A stretch of DNA of 63,224 bases, the filler included, from Collodictyon triciliatum (taxonomy: Eukaryota), in NCBI GenBank assembly GCA_043381765.1. It is 50 parts of 50 records of this genome, joined end to end, with 100 filler letters (N's around TTAATTAATTAA, not from the genome) between each part and the next. Parts side by side here need not be neighbours in the genome. Positions count along the whole stretch, not along the records: positions 12,714 to 13,887 come from JBHJMP010011997.1; positions 13,988 to 15,159 come from JBHJMP010011998.1; positions 15,260 to 16,428 come from JBHJMP010011999.1; positions 16,529 to 17,697 come from JBHJMP010012000.1; positions 17,798 to 18,966 come from JBHJMP010012001.1; positions 19,067 to 20,235 come from JBHJMP010012003.1; positions 20,336 to 21,504 come from JBHJMP010012004.1; positions 21,605 to 22,773 come from JBHJMP010012005.1; 42 more parts are not named here. The stretch is one strand, 5' to 3'. The position numbers were made by a program, and so were the translations under genes. The notes below the pieces were generated by a model. The model had not been told where the DNA came from, did no database searches, and was given only the letters and a program-made list of their open reading frames with translations. Positions 13,115 through 25,410 of this stretch are shown here, piece by piece. Every line of letters starts with the position of its first letter. The first letter of the stretch is position 1.

Positions 13115-13636
13115 CTATTCTAGACCAACAGGAGGAGCAGTAAGGATTTGTTGAGCAACCACAAACTGATCCGAAGGAACGTCCAAATTGTACGAGATAA
13201 GCTTCAGGAAGATGACTTCCGCCTGATTGATCATCTCAAGCGGAGCGCCGCTGAGAATGGAATAAGACTGGTTGTCAAAATAGTCGTCCTTGTTGTACTT
13301 TGCGGCCTGCATCAAGGCCACGGTCCAGACAAGACGCAAAGAGTAGGGATTCAGCGCAGCAGGTGCGTTGTTCATGAGTCGGTCGATGTAGATCAAGGCA
13401 AGCACAACCTCCGAATCGCCAGACACGGCGTGGCGTCGAATGCGCCGCAGAAGCATGTCGGGCGGGTAGAGATCGAGCTGGGTGTCGACTGCTTGGCGCA
13501 CAAGGATAGTCAGTTGCTGCACAGCCGAGTCGAAGGAGTGCGAGCCCACAGGGTTCTCTCTCGTCGTGGCCACGGCTTCCTCCAGCAGGCTGTGCAAGTA
13601 TTGAATGCTTTGTGTATCGATCAGAGTGAGCGCCAT
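13115..13636 (-). CDS. Pho80/cyclin P/U-like cyclin (173 aa from MALTLID), intronless
   Basis: LALIYIDRL..LNPYSLRLVWTVALMQAAKYNKDDYFDNQSYSILSGAPLEMINQAEVIFLKLISYNL is the Pho80-family cyclin box. Confidence 0.88.
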   Translation of the reverse strand: MALTLIDTQSIQYLHSLLEEAVATTRENPVGSHSFDSAVQQLTILVRQAVDTQLDLYPPDMLLRRIRRHAVSGDSEVVLALIYIDRLMNNAPAALNPYSLRLVWTVALMQAAKYNKDDYFDNQSYSILSGAPLEMINQAEVIFLKLISYNLDVPSDQFVVAQQILTAPPVGLE

Positions 13637-13817
13637 TTCCGTGCTTCTTCTTTTTTTTTTTTTTTTTTTTATTTTTTTCCTTGTTTTTTGTTTTTTTTTT
13701 TTTTTTTTTTTGAAGTCTTGGCCTTGGTCTTGCCTTTTGTCTTTGTGTTTCTCTGGCTGGCTGGCTGGCTGGCTGTCTTTTTTCTTGTACACAAGAGTTA
13801 GTTTTTCGTCGGCTTTT

Positions 13818-13848
<31 letters not shown>

Positions 13849-14298
13849 TTTTTTTTGTGGTGGCCTTTTTGCAAAGCGTAGGTTTTTNNNNNNNNNNNNN
13901 NNNNNNNNNNNNNNNNNNNNNNNNNNNNNNNTTAATTAATTAANNNNNNNNNNNNNNNNNNNNNNNNNNNNNNNNNNNNNNNNNNNNTTTTTTTTTCTTT
14001 TTTTTATGTTCTTTTTTTTATGTTCTTTTTTTTATGTTCTTTTTTTTATGTTCTTTTTTTATGTTCTTTTTTATGTTCTTTTTTTATGTTCTTTTTTTAT
14101 GTTCTTTTTTTATGTTCTTTTTTTATGTTCTTTTTTTATGTTCTTTTTCTTTTATTATTTTCATTCACTAAGCTCTCCCGTGTTTTGAATTATGATTCTT
14201 TATTATTTACTTTTAATGGCTGTGATGGGTTTGCATTCCATAAATTGACTGTATCTCGCGGTAACCATACAATCATTTGATTATCAACTTTTGAATAG

Positions 14299-14960
14299 CG
14301 CCAGTGTTATTAAAGCTTTGGAGCCTGCTGAAGATGGGAGCAAAGTATATGAAGAAAATTACATCTTTCGTAACATGGGTATTCTTCACTTTTGCTCATT
14401 TATTGATCATCTAAGGTGGACGGTGTTTTTCATGTGGCAGGGCTGGTTTCTTATGACTCTCTTGACAGAGAAAAGATGGAAAGGGTTTTTGTTTCTCTTA
14501 CGCTTGTGCCATGCGCAGTATAAACAAAACAAAAAAACGAGAAGATTACCAATTCAGTATACCAGCAATAAGTTACAGCCTCATTGTTATTCTCATCGAT
14601 AACAGATAAACGTACGAGGGACCCAGAATGTTGTTGATGCTTGCTTGCTAGTAGGAGTTAGGTATCCAAAGCCAAACTTGATTGTCTTATTACTTGATTT
14701 TACCTTAGTAAAACTTAACAACCTCTCCCTTTTCTCCATAACGGCATAATAATTTGGTGTTAATTATTGAAGTCATTTATAATTTATGTAATTATCCACC
14801 TTACCTCCACTTCAAAATGGAACCGATGTATTAGAAACCTCGTATTTGTTAGTTCTGTCGTTTCTGTGGGTACATGTGAAACCCTTGATACTGTTCCTTT
14901 GAACGAGGATGCGGTTTACAACCTTGGTCGATATAATCTTGGCTACTGTGAGACTAAGCG
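14299..14960 (+). CDS. NAD-dependent epimerase/dehydratase (extended SDR, 3-beta-HSD/DFR/HpnA-like), multi-exon, partial
   Basis: Exons ASVIKALEPAEDGSK|VDGVFHVAGLVSY..|INVRGTQNVVDACLLVGV|RNLVFVSSVVSVG..YCETK (YxxxK). Confidence 0.88.
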
Positions 14961-15056
14961 GTACTTTTATTCTCCATCTTCTGTTAAAATATAATTATAG
15001 ACACTAAATGCCAAGATTCAGCAATCTTGTAAAGTTCGTATTCTTTTACTGAATTT

Positions 15057-15159
15057 CTTGTATTATCTCTTGTATTATCTCTTGTATTATCTCTTGTATT
15101 ATCTCTTGTATTATCTCTTGTATTATCTCTTGTATTATCTCTTGTATTATCTCTTGTAT
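15057..15159. repeat. 12-bp tandem repeat (CTTGTATTATCT)n
   Basis: Direct reading. Confidence 0.95.
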
Positions 15160-15259
15160 NNNNNNNNNNNNNNNNNNNNNNNNNNNNNNNNNNNNNNNNN
15201 NNNTTAATTAATTAANNNNNNNNNNNNNNNNNNNNNNNNNNNNNNNNNNNNNNNNNNNN

Positions 15260-15414
15260 CATAAAGCATAAAGCATAAAGCATAAAGCATAAAGCATAAA
15301 GCATAAAGCATAAAGCATAAAGCATAAAGCATAAAGCATAAAGCATAAAGCATAAAGCATAAAGCATAAAGCATAAAGCATAAAGCATAAAGCATAAAGC
15401 ATAAAGCATAAAGC
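15260..15414. repeat. 7-bp tandem repeat (CATAAAG)n just downstream of the Vps16 stop
   Basis: Direct reading. Confidence 0.95.
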
Positions 15415-15428
15415 AGCCTCTTGCGCGT

Positions 15429-16279
15429 TTATTTGAGAGAGCGCAGATAGTTGTCGATTTGTGTTTGCACCTCGCGGATGTTTGTTTTCGACTTGATGAG
15501 ATTCAGGGCGTCCGGACTCTTTGCTTGATATGCAGCCTCCGCCGCCTCTTTCATGAATCTGTCCAAAGTAAAAGACGGTAAGAATGTGGGGTAAAAACGA
15601 TGCCAGCGTATCCAAAGTGCAAAGAGACCCGATTTCCAGAAAGTATTGAGAGCGGCGCAGGGGCTCTGCAATCTTCTGAATGTACGGTGCGGCTTCGTTG
15701 TAGGCTTTTGCTTTGATGCACACATCGGCAAAAGGCTGGTGCAAGAGAGCGTTGTTTTTGTGAGTGTGGATTCGGAAGTTTATATTCAGTGCCGCGAACC
15801 TCGTATCCAATCGGTGACTTTTTCTCCTTGGAGAATTTGTCCAGCTGGTCCCATTGCTTCAGCTCACCCAGAGACCGGACACGCAGCCAAGTGTAGCTGG
15901 CCGGAAAGAAATCGTTTAGTCTTTTTTATGCATATATTTTCCAGACGAATACATTTGAAAGGTTTCAAGGAAAGAAGCGAAGTCTTTTGCCTTCTCGAAC
16001 AAAAATGATGAAAGCAGAGCGTTTTCGGCACCTTCGTTCTGACATCTTGAAGTCGGTCCTCAGCTTTTGTGCAGCCTTAAGCTGGGGCGTTTTGGTTCAG
16101 CAACCAGGTCGGTTTCATACAAAATGATATAATATTGTGTCATTTTTTCTTTCTCAAAGCGTCCATATTCCCATGATTCACTGATACTTACATCGCCCGA
16201 CATGAGACACTTGTAGATGGTCTCGTTCAGAGAGAGTCCAACCATTTTGGTGCTCAGTCTATTGTATTGCAGTAAGTTT
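15429..16279 (-). CDS. VPS16: Vps16 (HOPS/CORVET subunit), C-terminal exons
   Basis: Spliced: MVGLSLNETIYKCLMSGD|LKAAQKLRTDFKMSER..|YTWLRVRSLGELKQWDQLDKFSKEKKSPIGYE|PFADVCIKAKAYNEAAPYIQKI..; KKSPIGY.PF is the Vps16_C signature. Confidence 0.88.
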
Positions 16280-16528
16280 CTAGACATGTAATGAACGAGC
16301 GCGGTAGAATGAAAAAATAACTAAAAAGGGAGTGAAAGAGAGTGAAAGAGAGTGAAAGAGAGTGAAAGAGAGTGAAAGAGAGTGAAAGAGAGTGAAAGAG
16401 AGTGAAAGAGAGTGAAAGAGAGTGAAAGNNNNNNNNNNNNNNNNNNNNNNNNNNNNNNNNNNNNNNNNNNNNTTAATTAATTAANNNNNNNNNNNNNNNN
16501 NNNNNNNNNNNNNNNNNNNNNNNNNNNN

Positions 16529-17697
16529 GAATGTCCTTCAGATACTTATAGCGATGATTATGGACTAAAATATTGTAAAATGTGTCCTGAGGGATTTGAA
16601 TGTGAAGGAACCAGTCAACCAACAGTTGCCCCTGGATATTGGCAGACTCAAACCTCAAATGGAGAATATGTTGCCTACAAATGCTTGAATGAAAATGCAT
16701 GTAACGGAGGAAATAAAACTTGTGCTGATGGATACACCGGGCCATTATGTAGTATTTGTGACGGTGGATACGGAAAAACTGGGTATTATTGCACTAAATG
16801 CCCACCGAAAGGAGTGAACATATTCTTGATTTTCCTGAGCTTTTTTATTCCACTTGCATTTGTGTTTTTCATGATAGAGCAATCAAGACAAACAAGAACG
16901 GGAAATATTCAAATCCTGAAATCTCTCTCCACCCATTTCCAAGTTTTGTCATATTTGGCGAACTTTGATGTAAAATGGAGCTCAATCATAATTTCAGCTA
17001 TGAAAATCCCAGCTCTGTTTTCATTTTCTCTGTCAATAGACAGCTACCCAATTGAATGCCAACTCGAGCTATCGATTTACGAAAAAATATTGCTGACGAT
17101 GTTAAGTCCAATAATACTGACTTTAATAATGTTGATTTTCGTTTTGATGAAAGATTTGAGGAGACTTTACAAAAATGAGATTTCAAGAAGTAGCTTTACA
17201 TTTAATCATTTCCGGGAAGAAATCATGTACTCGATGTTGGTTATGCTGTTTTTTGTCCATCCTTCAATCACATCGAGCGTTGCACAAATATTTCCATGTG
17301 AAAAACTCGGGGATGTAAGATATTTGAAAGCTGATATGTCGATTTTATGTGATGACGAAACTTACAAATTTTGGAGGAATATTTCTTTTGTTTTCCTTTT
17401 TGCCTATTGTATCGGCGGACCGCTCTTAATTTTAGTCAGAATCATTTGCAAAAGAACAGCACTGGCGAATCCAACTTCGAAAACATATGCACTTTTCAGA
17501 TTTTTGATTGATGGATATACTGAAAAGTGCCAATACTGGGAGGTCGTCTTGATGATGCAAAAGTTGGTCATTGTGATGATAAGCACGTTCTTTCCTGCTT
17601 CGCTACAAATATACTTTGGTTTGTGGCTGCTGTTTCTGATGATTGCTTCGACCATTTATTTCAGGCCATTCATATCCAATGTGCTGAAAAAGTCACA
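16529..17697 (+). CDS. Cys-rich (GCC2/GCC3/EGF-like) extracellular region followed by a multipass transmembrane domain; common protist surface-protein family; intronless, partial
   Basis: CPEGFECEG..PGYW..CADGYTGPLCSICDGGYGK..CTKCP, then hydrophobic helices with LKADMSILC and YWEVVLMMQKL motifs. Confidence 0.85.
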
Positions 17698-17797
17698 NNN
17701 NNNNNNNNNNNNNNNNNNNNNNNNNNNNNNNNNNNNNNNNNTTAATTAATTAANNNNNNNNNNNNNNNNNNNNNNNNNNNNNNNNNNNNNNNNNNNN

Positions 17798-17920
17798 GAG
17801 CCATGTTTCTTGGAGGCAGATGATATCTGCATGAGAGAAAAGAGCAGTGTTTAGGGCCTCTTTTCTTTTTTGGGGGTCGTTAATCCCCCTAACGTTACAC
17901 GACAGAACGTTAAAACGCAT
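17798..17920 (-). mobile_element. Start of LINE ORF2: apurinic-type (APE) endonuclease N-terminus
   Basis: ATG at 17920 gives MRFNVLSCNVRGINDPQKRKEALNTALFSHADIICLQETWL, with the NVRG and DIICLQET motifs of L1-EN. Confidence 0.92.
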
Positions 17921-18966
17921 GAATAATCTTTTGGCTTCTGGAGGCCGTAGCCTCCGGTGATTGGCCCTCTCCGCTGGAGCTGAGTTACTCAGAGTGGGAT
18001 GGCTTACTCGATTTGTCCTTCATTTGGCCGGTGCCATAATTGCTCGCGGTTCAGCCAGGATTTGTCGGATGGTCTTGGGCTTTTGGCTGCACCCCCTTTG
18101 TAGCTGGTGTGTTGGGAGATGCACTCTATCGGTCACTAGCAACCCTCGGTTCCAATTTTTCCCCCTCATCCACGCGGTAGGCAGGGCCACCCATGTTTCC
18201 ACTTTCATTCTGGCTTGCTTTCTGGCTCGATATATTAGGTGGTGTACTTGACTGATTCACTCTCTTTTCCTCGGGCGAGGCTTTATCTTCGACGGTTTCG
18301 ATATTTTTTGGGGCGCCAGTGATTGCAGCATGAGTAACCGGTGTTTCATATTCGTCTACGTTTCTTTTTCTTGTATAGGAGGCCGTTTATCGCTGGGGAG
18401 TCGCAAGAGTTGTCGATAATAGGTTTGCTCCCATAAACAGTACTTGAGGAGTAGTTTGTCGTTCCCGAAGCTTCGAGGTGTTCGTTTTCTTCTTCAGCAA
18501 AGCATTCTATGATGACGACAGGTTGGATGGACTGTTGTTCTTCCAATCCCGAGTCTGAGACGTCGCTTCTTATGGATTGCGCAGTACTTGCTGAAGAAAG
18601 AGTCTCTTGAGTGGTCCCAGGAGTCATGCCCTCTAAGGTGGTTGGTGGATATGGTTTGCTGGGTGCCATTATGCTGTTTCCCGATTCTGTTACCGAGTTG
18701 GCTTGAACTTCCCTTTCCTCGGCATCTCTCCATGATTTAAAGGAGGTTTTGGTGAGATATCATTGGCTTGAGTAGGTTGGTAATCTTGGAGGTTATCGAT
18801 GTTTCCTCCACTTCCTTGAAGCCATTCCACGATTGATATTGCTTCCTCTGTGTTCATTGGCGAACTTGATGCACTTTCGGGCAAATCGCCTGGTGTTTCG
18901 TCCATTATATCAATGTCCATTTCTTGATTTTGGGGCCGCTCTTGAACCTTTGTCTTGAATATGACA
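17921..18966 (-). mobile_element. LINE ORF1 C-terminal low-complexity region (subfamily beta), frameshifted
   Basis: 18490-18960 is homologous to 27380-27844 (MDIDIMDETP..PMNTEEAISIVEW..) and lies directly upstream of the APE start. Confidence 0.85.
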
Positions 18967-20335
18967 NNNNNNNNNNNNNNNNNNNNNNNNNNNNNNNNNN
19001 NNNNNNNNNNTTAATTAATTAANNNNNNNNNNNNNNNNNNNNNNNNNNNNNNNNNNNNNNNNNNNNTGGTTATTTAGGATTCTTACCAGTGCATAGCCGC
19101 CCTCAATCAAATTGGAAGGTTGGTATATGATTCTTGAAGTATCGATTTTAATGAATGTGCGAGATGGTCTCAATGGTTTCAAAGTAGTCTGCTACAGTTC
19201 TGTAAATATATGAATGAAACCCCGAGGGTGCTTCACCTTGATAGTTTGGGAGAAGCAACCTCATAAGCGGCCAGTGGATATGTTCATTTACTGAAACAGA
19301 TGTAACGGTCAATTCTAACCGGATATGTCAGATCTACGACATGAGGCTTTTATATGTTTAGCCATAAGAAAAAGTCTCTTTGGATTTACATGAACAGAAA
19401 GTGATGTGATGAAACCTGAATCAACGAAAACACAGGGTTGTACCATGAAATCCTAATATTCAGCCATGTCTTGCACATGTATAGGTCATATTGGTCTATT
19501 AAATGAACTTTCCCCTAAACTCACACATTATTTTCATCATTGATGAACAAATAACAGAGTTCATTTTTTGATTGAAAGTTTAAATTTTTAATCAACGTCA
19601 TTGCTCACCGCACAGCCAATGGGCAGATATTTTTAAAGGAAGGGCATATTCTGTCGGTCTATTCTTACGCATATTACGCACCATGAGTAGTACAGTTGTC
19701 AACTGTAGATATGACTTTACTAGAGGCATAATTTATTCACATGCCCTTTGTTGTTTTCGATGTTTTTAAGAGGATTGGTTACGATAATTCTATGCCAAAA
19801 CATTTAGAAAAAAGGTTAGATTTTATACAAAAATGTTATCTATCTCTTTGAATTCTGTTTAAATTTAAGATTTTGTCAATCAAATTGAACAATAGTGGAT
19901 AGAGCAACAAAAAAAACCTTTGCTAACATCGAGTTAAGCAAAATGATAGAAAATCAATTTCTATCAGATACAATTGACGGCCAACAATAATACAATCTCC
20001 ATCAAGTACAATTGTCCCGGAAACTAAAATTGGACGAAGCCTTTCATATTGACTTCCAGCCCCACAAAGGAAGTGAATTTACGAAAATTCGTCATTTAAT
20101 CGACGTGCGCTAAATATTTTATGCAAACAAGACAGTTATTAAAGCAAAATTAAAATCCTTAAGCTGTTCATGTTGGTTGAATACTTAGAATATGAATGTT
20201 ACGGAATTTCATTATCGGGCAAAGCACTTGTTGCTNNNNNNNNNNNNNNNNNNNNNNNNNNNNNNNNNNNNNNNNNNNNTTAATTAATTAANNNNNNNNN
20301 NNNNNNNNNNNNNNNNNNNNNNNNNNNNNNNNNNN

Positions 20336-21150
20336 TGGACTTCTTGCGCTTCTTGGACTTCTTGCGCTTCTTGGACTTCTTGCGCTTCTTGGACTTCTTG
20401 CGCTTCTTGGACTTCTTGCGCTTCTTGGACTTCTTGGACTTCTTGCACTTCTTGCGCTTCTTGGACTTCTTGCGCTTCTTGCACTTCTTGGACTTTTTGG
20501 GCTTCTTGGACTTCTTGAACTTCTTGGACTTTTTGGACTTCTTGCACTTCCTGTGTATTTTGGACTTCTTGCACTTCTTGCGTTTCTTGGACTTCTTGGA
20601 CTTTTTGGGCTTCTTGCACTTCCTGTGTATTTTGGACTTCTTGCACTTCTTGCACTTCTTGCACTTCTTGCACTTTTTGGGCATCTTGCACTTCTTGCGC
20701 TTCTTGGACTTCTTGCACTTCTTGCACTTCTTGCGCTTTTTGCACTTCTTGCGCTTCTTGGACTTCTTGCGCTTTTTGCACTTCTTGCGCTTCTTGGACT
20801 TCTTGCGCTTTTTGGACTTCTTGCGCTTTTTGCACTTCTTGCACTTCTTGCACTTCTTGGACTTTTTGGACTTCTTGGATTTCTTGGACTTTTTGGACTT
20901 CTTGGATTTCTTGGGCTTCTTGCACTTCTTGGACTTTTTGGACTTTTTGGGCTTCTTGCACTTCCTGTGTATTTTGGACTTCTTGCGCTTCTTGGACTTC
21001 TTGCGCTTCTTGGACTTCTTGCGCTTCTTGGACTTCTTGCGCTTCTTGGACTTCTTGCGCTTCTTGCACTTCCTGTGTATTTTGGACTTCTTGGACTTCT
21101 TGGGCTTGGGCTTCTTGGGCTTTTTGGACTTGCACTTCTTGCGCTTCTTG
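20336..21150 (-). repeat. 9-bp tandem array (minus strand CAAGAAGTC/GTG/GCG/GCC), probably coding (QEV/QEA)n or (SPR/SAR)n
   Basis: ~800 bp with no frameshifting indel; several frames stay open; the QEV frame extends upstream to a ctaacag acceptor at ~21283. Confidence 0.75.
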
Positions 21151-21644
21151 GGGTTGTCCTAGAACTGTCTTCTTTCCGGCTGTTTCGAATGTCAAGATTG
21201 ATGATATAGCATCGGAGGGACAATTTGCGACGAGGGGATCTGCAGTCCTCCGCTCTCCTAAGGATATGGATATTTTACCAAGCTGTTAGAGTGGTAATTA
21301 TTCTCTTGAAAATCAGAAAAAAATATCAATGAACCAAACATTCTTGTGTGGCGAAAATAGCCATTCTTTTTATTTTTCTTGTTTGTTAAATCTGTTTTCT
21401 TTTATTGTTTTATTGTTTTATTGTTTTATTGTTTTATTGTTTTATTGTTTTATTGTTTTATTGTTTTATTGTTTTATTGTTTTATTGTTTTATTGTTTTA
21501 TTGTNNNNNNNNNNNNNNNNNNNNNNNNNNNNNNNNNNNNNNNNNNNNTTAATTAATTAANNNNNNNNNNNNNNNNNNNNNNNNNNNNNNNNNNNNNNNN
21601 NNNNTTTTTTTTTTTTTTTTTTTTTTGTTGTTCTTTTTTTTAAA

Positions 21645-21675
<31 letters not shown>

Positions 21676-22873
21676 TTTTTGATCTGGCTGAAACCTTTTA
21701 TGACTATCATCCCACGTGGAGCCATATACATTACAGAAATACCCGCTACATCAGAAACATTTCACTCTTTCTCCATTTTTCTTCCTTTTTTTCCCTTTCC
21801 CCCCTTTTTCTTCCTCTTTCTTTCTCTTTCTTTCTCTTTCTTTCTCTTTCTTCCTCTTTCTTCCTCTTTCTTCCTCTTTCTTCCTCTTTCTTCCTCTCTC
21901 TTCCTCTCTCTTCCTCTCTCTTCCTCTTTCTTCCCCTTTCTCCCCCCTTTTCCCCCCTTTTCCCCCTTTTTTTGTCATCACACCCAGTCATATTTCCTTT
22001 TCGATTCCCCATGCTGTTTAGTTTTGTGTTTCATATTTACGAATCCCGACGAGATAGCAACATATCGCATATACACCTGAAAGGTGATGCTGGAATGATA
22101 AGCGTGTGCGCACATGGGAAGCGTCTTGTGGTGTCCAACCAAAGAACCGTCCGTGCATCTCATTTGCGTCTACAAAGAAAAAAAAATGACATGTTTACAC
22201 CAGCCTCGTGGCAAGACGCGGTCAGCTCTCCGCGATATTTTCATCGACCAAGAGGCGAAAGAGAAACTATAAATGGACTCCTACTTATAAATGTGTACAT
22301 ATATATGATTCTAATGATACGATGCAGCTGTCTTATACCTTGATTAGAAGGCATTAAAAATAAATTATATATTCCACAAATAGACAGGAATCACGGTGTG
22401 CAAAAAGCCACAGCCTCATACTCCCACGATCTCAAACACTTCCTTCCAGCGCAAAAAGTTGTAGCAACGTTCTGGTGTGTGAAAGTCCTGCAGCTTCCAA
22501 AAGACCACCCGATTTTCTGTTCGTCTTCATGAATGCATACATGGACAAATCAGTCTATTCATTTTTCTCTCCTTTCTTTCTTCCTTTCTTTGTTTCTTTG
22601 TTTCTTTGTTTCTTTGTTTCTTTGTTTCTTTGTTTCTTTGTTTCTTTGTTTCTTTGTTTTTTTTGTTTTTTTGTTTTTTTGTTTTTTTGTTTTTTGTTTT
22701 TTGTTTTTTGTTTTTTGTTTTTTGTTTTTTGTTTTTTGTTTTTTTGTTTTTTGTTTTTTTGATATCACTTTTTNNNNNNNNNNNNNNNNNNNNNNNNNNN
22801 NNNNNNNNNNNNNNNNNTTAATTAATTAANNNNNNNNNNNNNNNNNNNNNNNNNNNNNNNNNNNNNNNNNNNN

Positions 22874-24042
22874 AATAGTGTCTCACCAGTATCTTCCAAG
22901 TCATCCAGAATCATTCCAACTTGCTTCTCGTTCAGGGTCTTGTCATAGCGAGTGAGGAATGTTTCGACACCATCCTTAACTTCACCCTCGGTTAACTTGG
23001 TGACAGGAATCGGCTCCAATCCACTTTGCTTGGCAGACTAATAATAGATTAATTAATAAAATCGAACTCAAATTTTCACATATGAAATAAACAACAAAAA
23101 ATTATGAAGCAATTGAATACCGTGCACGATTCATGGGTATCAATTGTCGACACAACCATGGAAACATTAGGTGGCGTTTTTTTCGGCAACCAGGTCAGCA
23201 GATGCGGAGCTGGCGTTCCTTGAGATGAGTGGATTTGGTCGATGGCATCGATGAGGAAGATGAACTTCTCTTCTCTTTAAAAAGGTAAGTTAACACAAAT
23301 CATTATTTCATTCATATTTTAACTATGAACCAAGATAATATGTGGACATAAAATTGACGTAAGAATCACTTGGTTTTCTCCTGAATCATCTTCAATAAGC
23401 CCTGGAGTCCCTCTTTTCCGTATTCTGGTGGTAATATAAAGAAATCATGTTAAACATGATATCATATTCAAATTAAAAAGAAAATATAAAAAATCACAAT
23501 ATAATACCAGCTTCTTGCTTCTTTTCATCGACAAAGTTGGCAGAGTTTGTGACCAGAGCCCAGAAGCGAATCGAAACACTAAAATAAAACAAATATTAAA
23601 AATACCAAAAAAAAAAAAAAAACATATACTAAAACCATACGTAAATCAGAGAGGAATAGAAATAGAGAACATACCTCTCCACGTAGTTGCTGAGATTTGT
23701 GCATCCAACAAAATGGAAAAATACACTAAGTCCAGGATGCTTCAGGCTTTCCAGGTCTCTCGCTGTAGCAGCCATGAGTGACGACTTTCCAATCCCAGAC
23801 TCTGCAGCAAGAACGATGATTTCGGACTTGTCCACGTTCAGCTGATTCATGGCCTGATAACATAAAATGGAATAAGAGAATTAGAAAATAAAAATAAAAG
23901 GAGAGTATTTTCATTCTATTTTATTCAATGTCTTCATTTCAACTTACTTGCTCCGTGATTGTCTTGAGAAGCTCCTTTCTTCCGCCAAACCCAGCCAGTC
24001 GATGCATCTTGAACTGGTGCTGCGCTTGGTCTTCAGGGTCTC
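22874..24042 (-). CDS. NACHT/STAND NTPase of the TEP1/NPHP3/NWD type, multi-exon, partial
   Basis: Exons FGGRKELLKTI|..IIVLAAESGIGKSSLMA..VFFHFVGCT (Walker A), KFIFLIDAIDQI..LLTWLPKKTPPNVSMVVST (Walker B), ..LTRYDKTLNEKQV. Confidence 0.85.
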
Positions 24043-24626
24043 NNNNNNNNNNNNNNNNNNNNNNNNNNNNNNNNNNNNNNNNNNNNTTAATTAATTAANN
24101 NNNNNNNNNNNNNNNNNNNNNNNNNNNNNNNNNNNNNNNNNNAGAAGAAAAAAGAAGAAAAAAGAAGAAAAAAGAAGAAAAAAGAAGAAAAAAGAAGAAA
24201 AAAGAAGAAAAAAGAAGAAAAAAGAAGAAAAAAGAAGAAAAGAAGAAAAAAACTGCTTACAAGCACACAAGCAGCAAATCGAATAGCACTACTAATAATG
24301 ATAAAAAGAATAAGGAAAGAAAAAAGAAAGAAATGATGATAAAAAGAAAAAGGAAACAAAAAAAAAAGAAAGAAAAAGGAAATCCTGAGGGAAGAAAAGA
24401 AAAAGGAAAAAGAAGGAAATCCTGAAGGATGGAAACAGCTCCAGTAGTATGTTGTGTATCGTCCGCTCGCAAAGGAAAGTTTGCTCGTTTACACCAGCGT
24501 CCCCGACTCGGGCGCTGCATTCACTGAAAAGCGACACGATATCCACGCAACTTCTCCTGTGCTTGTGGCCGAGCTTTCGCAGGCCACGCGGTGATGCTTT
24601 ATATGTGCCAGCGTTGCTGATAGCCT

Positions 24627-25047
24627 TCATCGGTACTGACTCAGTAAGGCAACGCATTCGTGGCTGTGGCGCACTTGGGCCAGTGTGAGGGCGATGAAGC
24701 CTTTGCGGTCTTTCGCGTACGGATTTCCTCCTTTCTGCAGCAGCACATGTACAACAGCAGCGTGGTTTTCAAAGGCCGCCCAATGCAGGGCACTTAAGCC
24801 CTCCTCATCCTGGTCGGTGGCCGCTGCGATGCGCGTTGGGAAGCGTATTAGATTGCCAGTTTGGAGACCTTGGTAGAAGCACATGCATGTCTCTGTCGGT
24901 GTTTGATGAAAGGATGGCCCGGCTGGGTCGGAAGCAGCTACCTGAGCCGCTCTGAAGCAGCATTTCGCAGCACTCCAGATGCCCGCCTTTTGCTGCCTCC
25001 ATCAACGGGGTCTTGCCAGTCCTGTCCCGCATATTGCTTCGTGATCC
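24627..25047 (-). CDS. Ankyrin-repeat protein, partial
   Basis: DRTGKTPLMEAAKGGHLECCEMLLQSG and DEEGLSALHWAAFENHAAVVHVLLQKGGNPYAKDRKG. Confidence 0.9.
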
Positions 25048-25210
25048 CTTCGCTTTTTTTTTTTAAAAAAAAATAAATATTAATAAATAAATAAATAAGT
25101 GATGGGCAAAAGTATAATGAGTACGAAAGAACGCAATAGGGACGAGACCAGACAAATAGGAGACGAGAACAAATGGGAAAGATTGTTTAGATACATACAG
25201 ATAGGTAAAT

Positions 25211-25305
<95 letters not shown>

Positions 25306-25410
25306 TAGATNNNNNNNNNNNNNNNNNNNNNNNNNNNNNNNNNNNNNNNNNNNNTTAATTAATTAANNNNNNNNNNNNNNNNNNNNNNNNNNNNNNNNNN
25401 NNNNNNNNNN

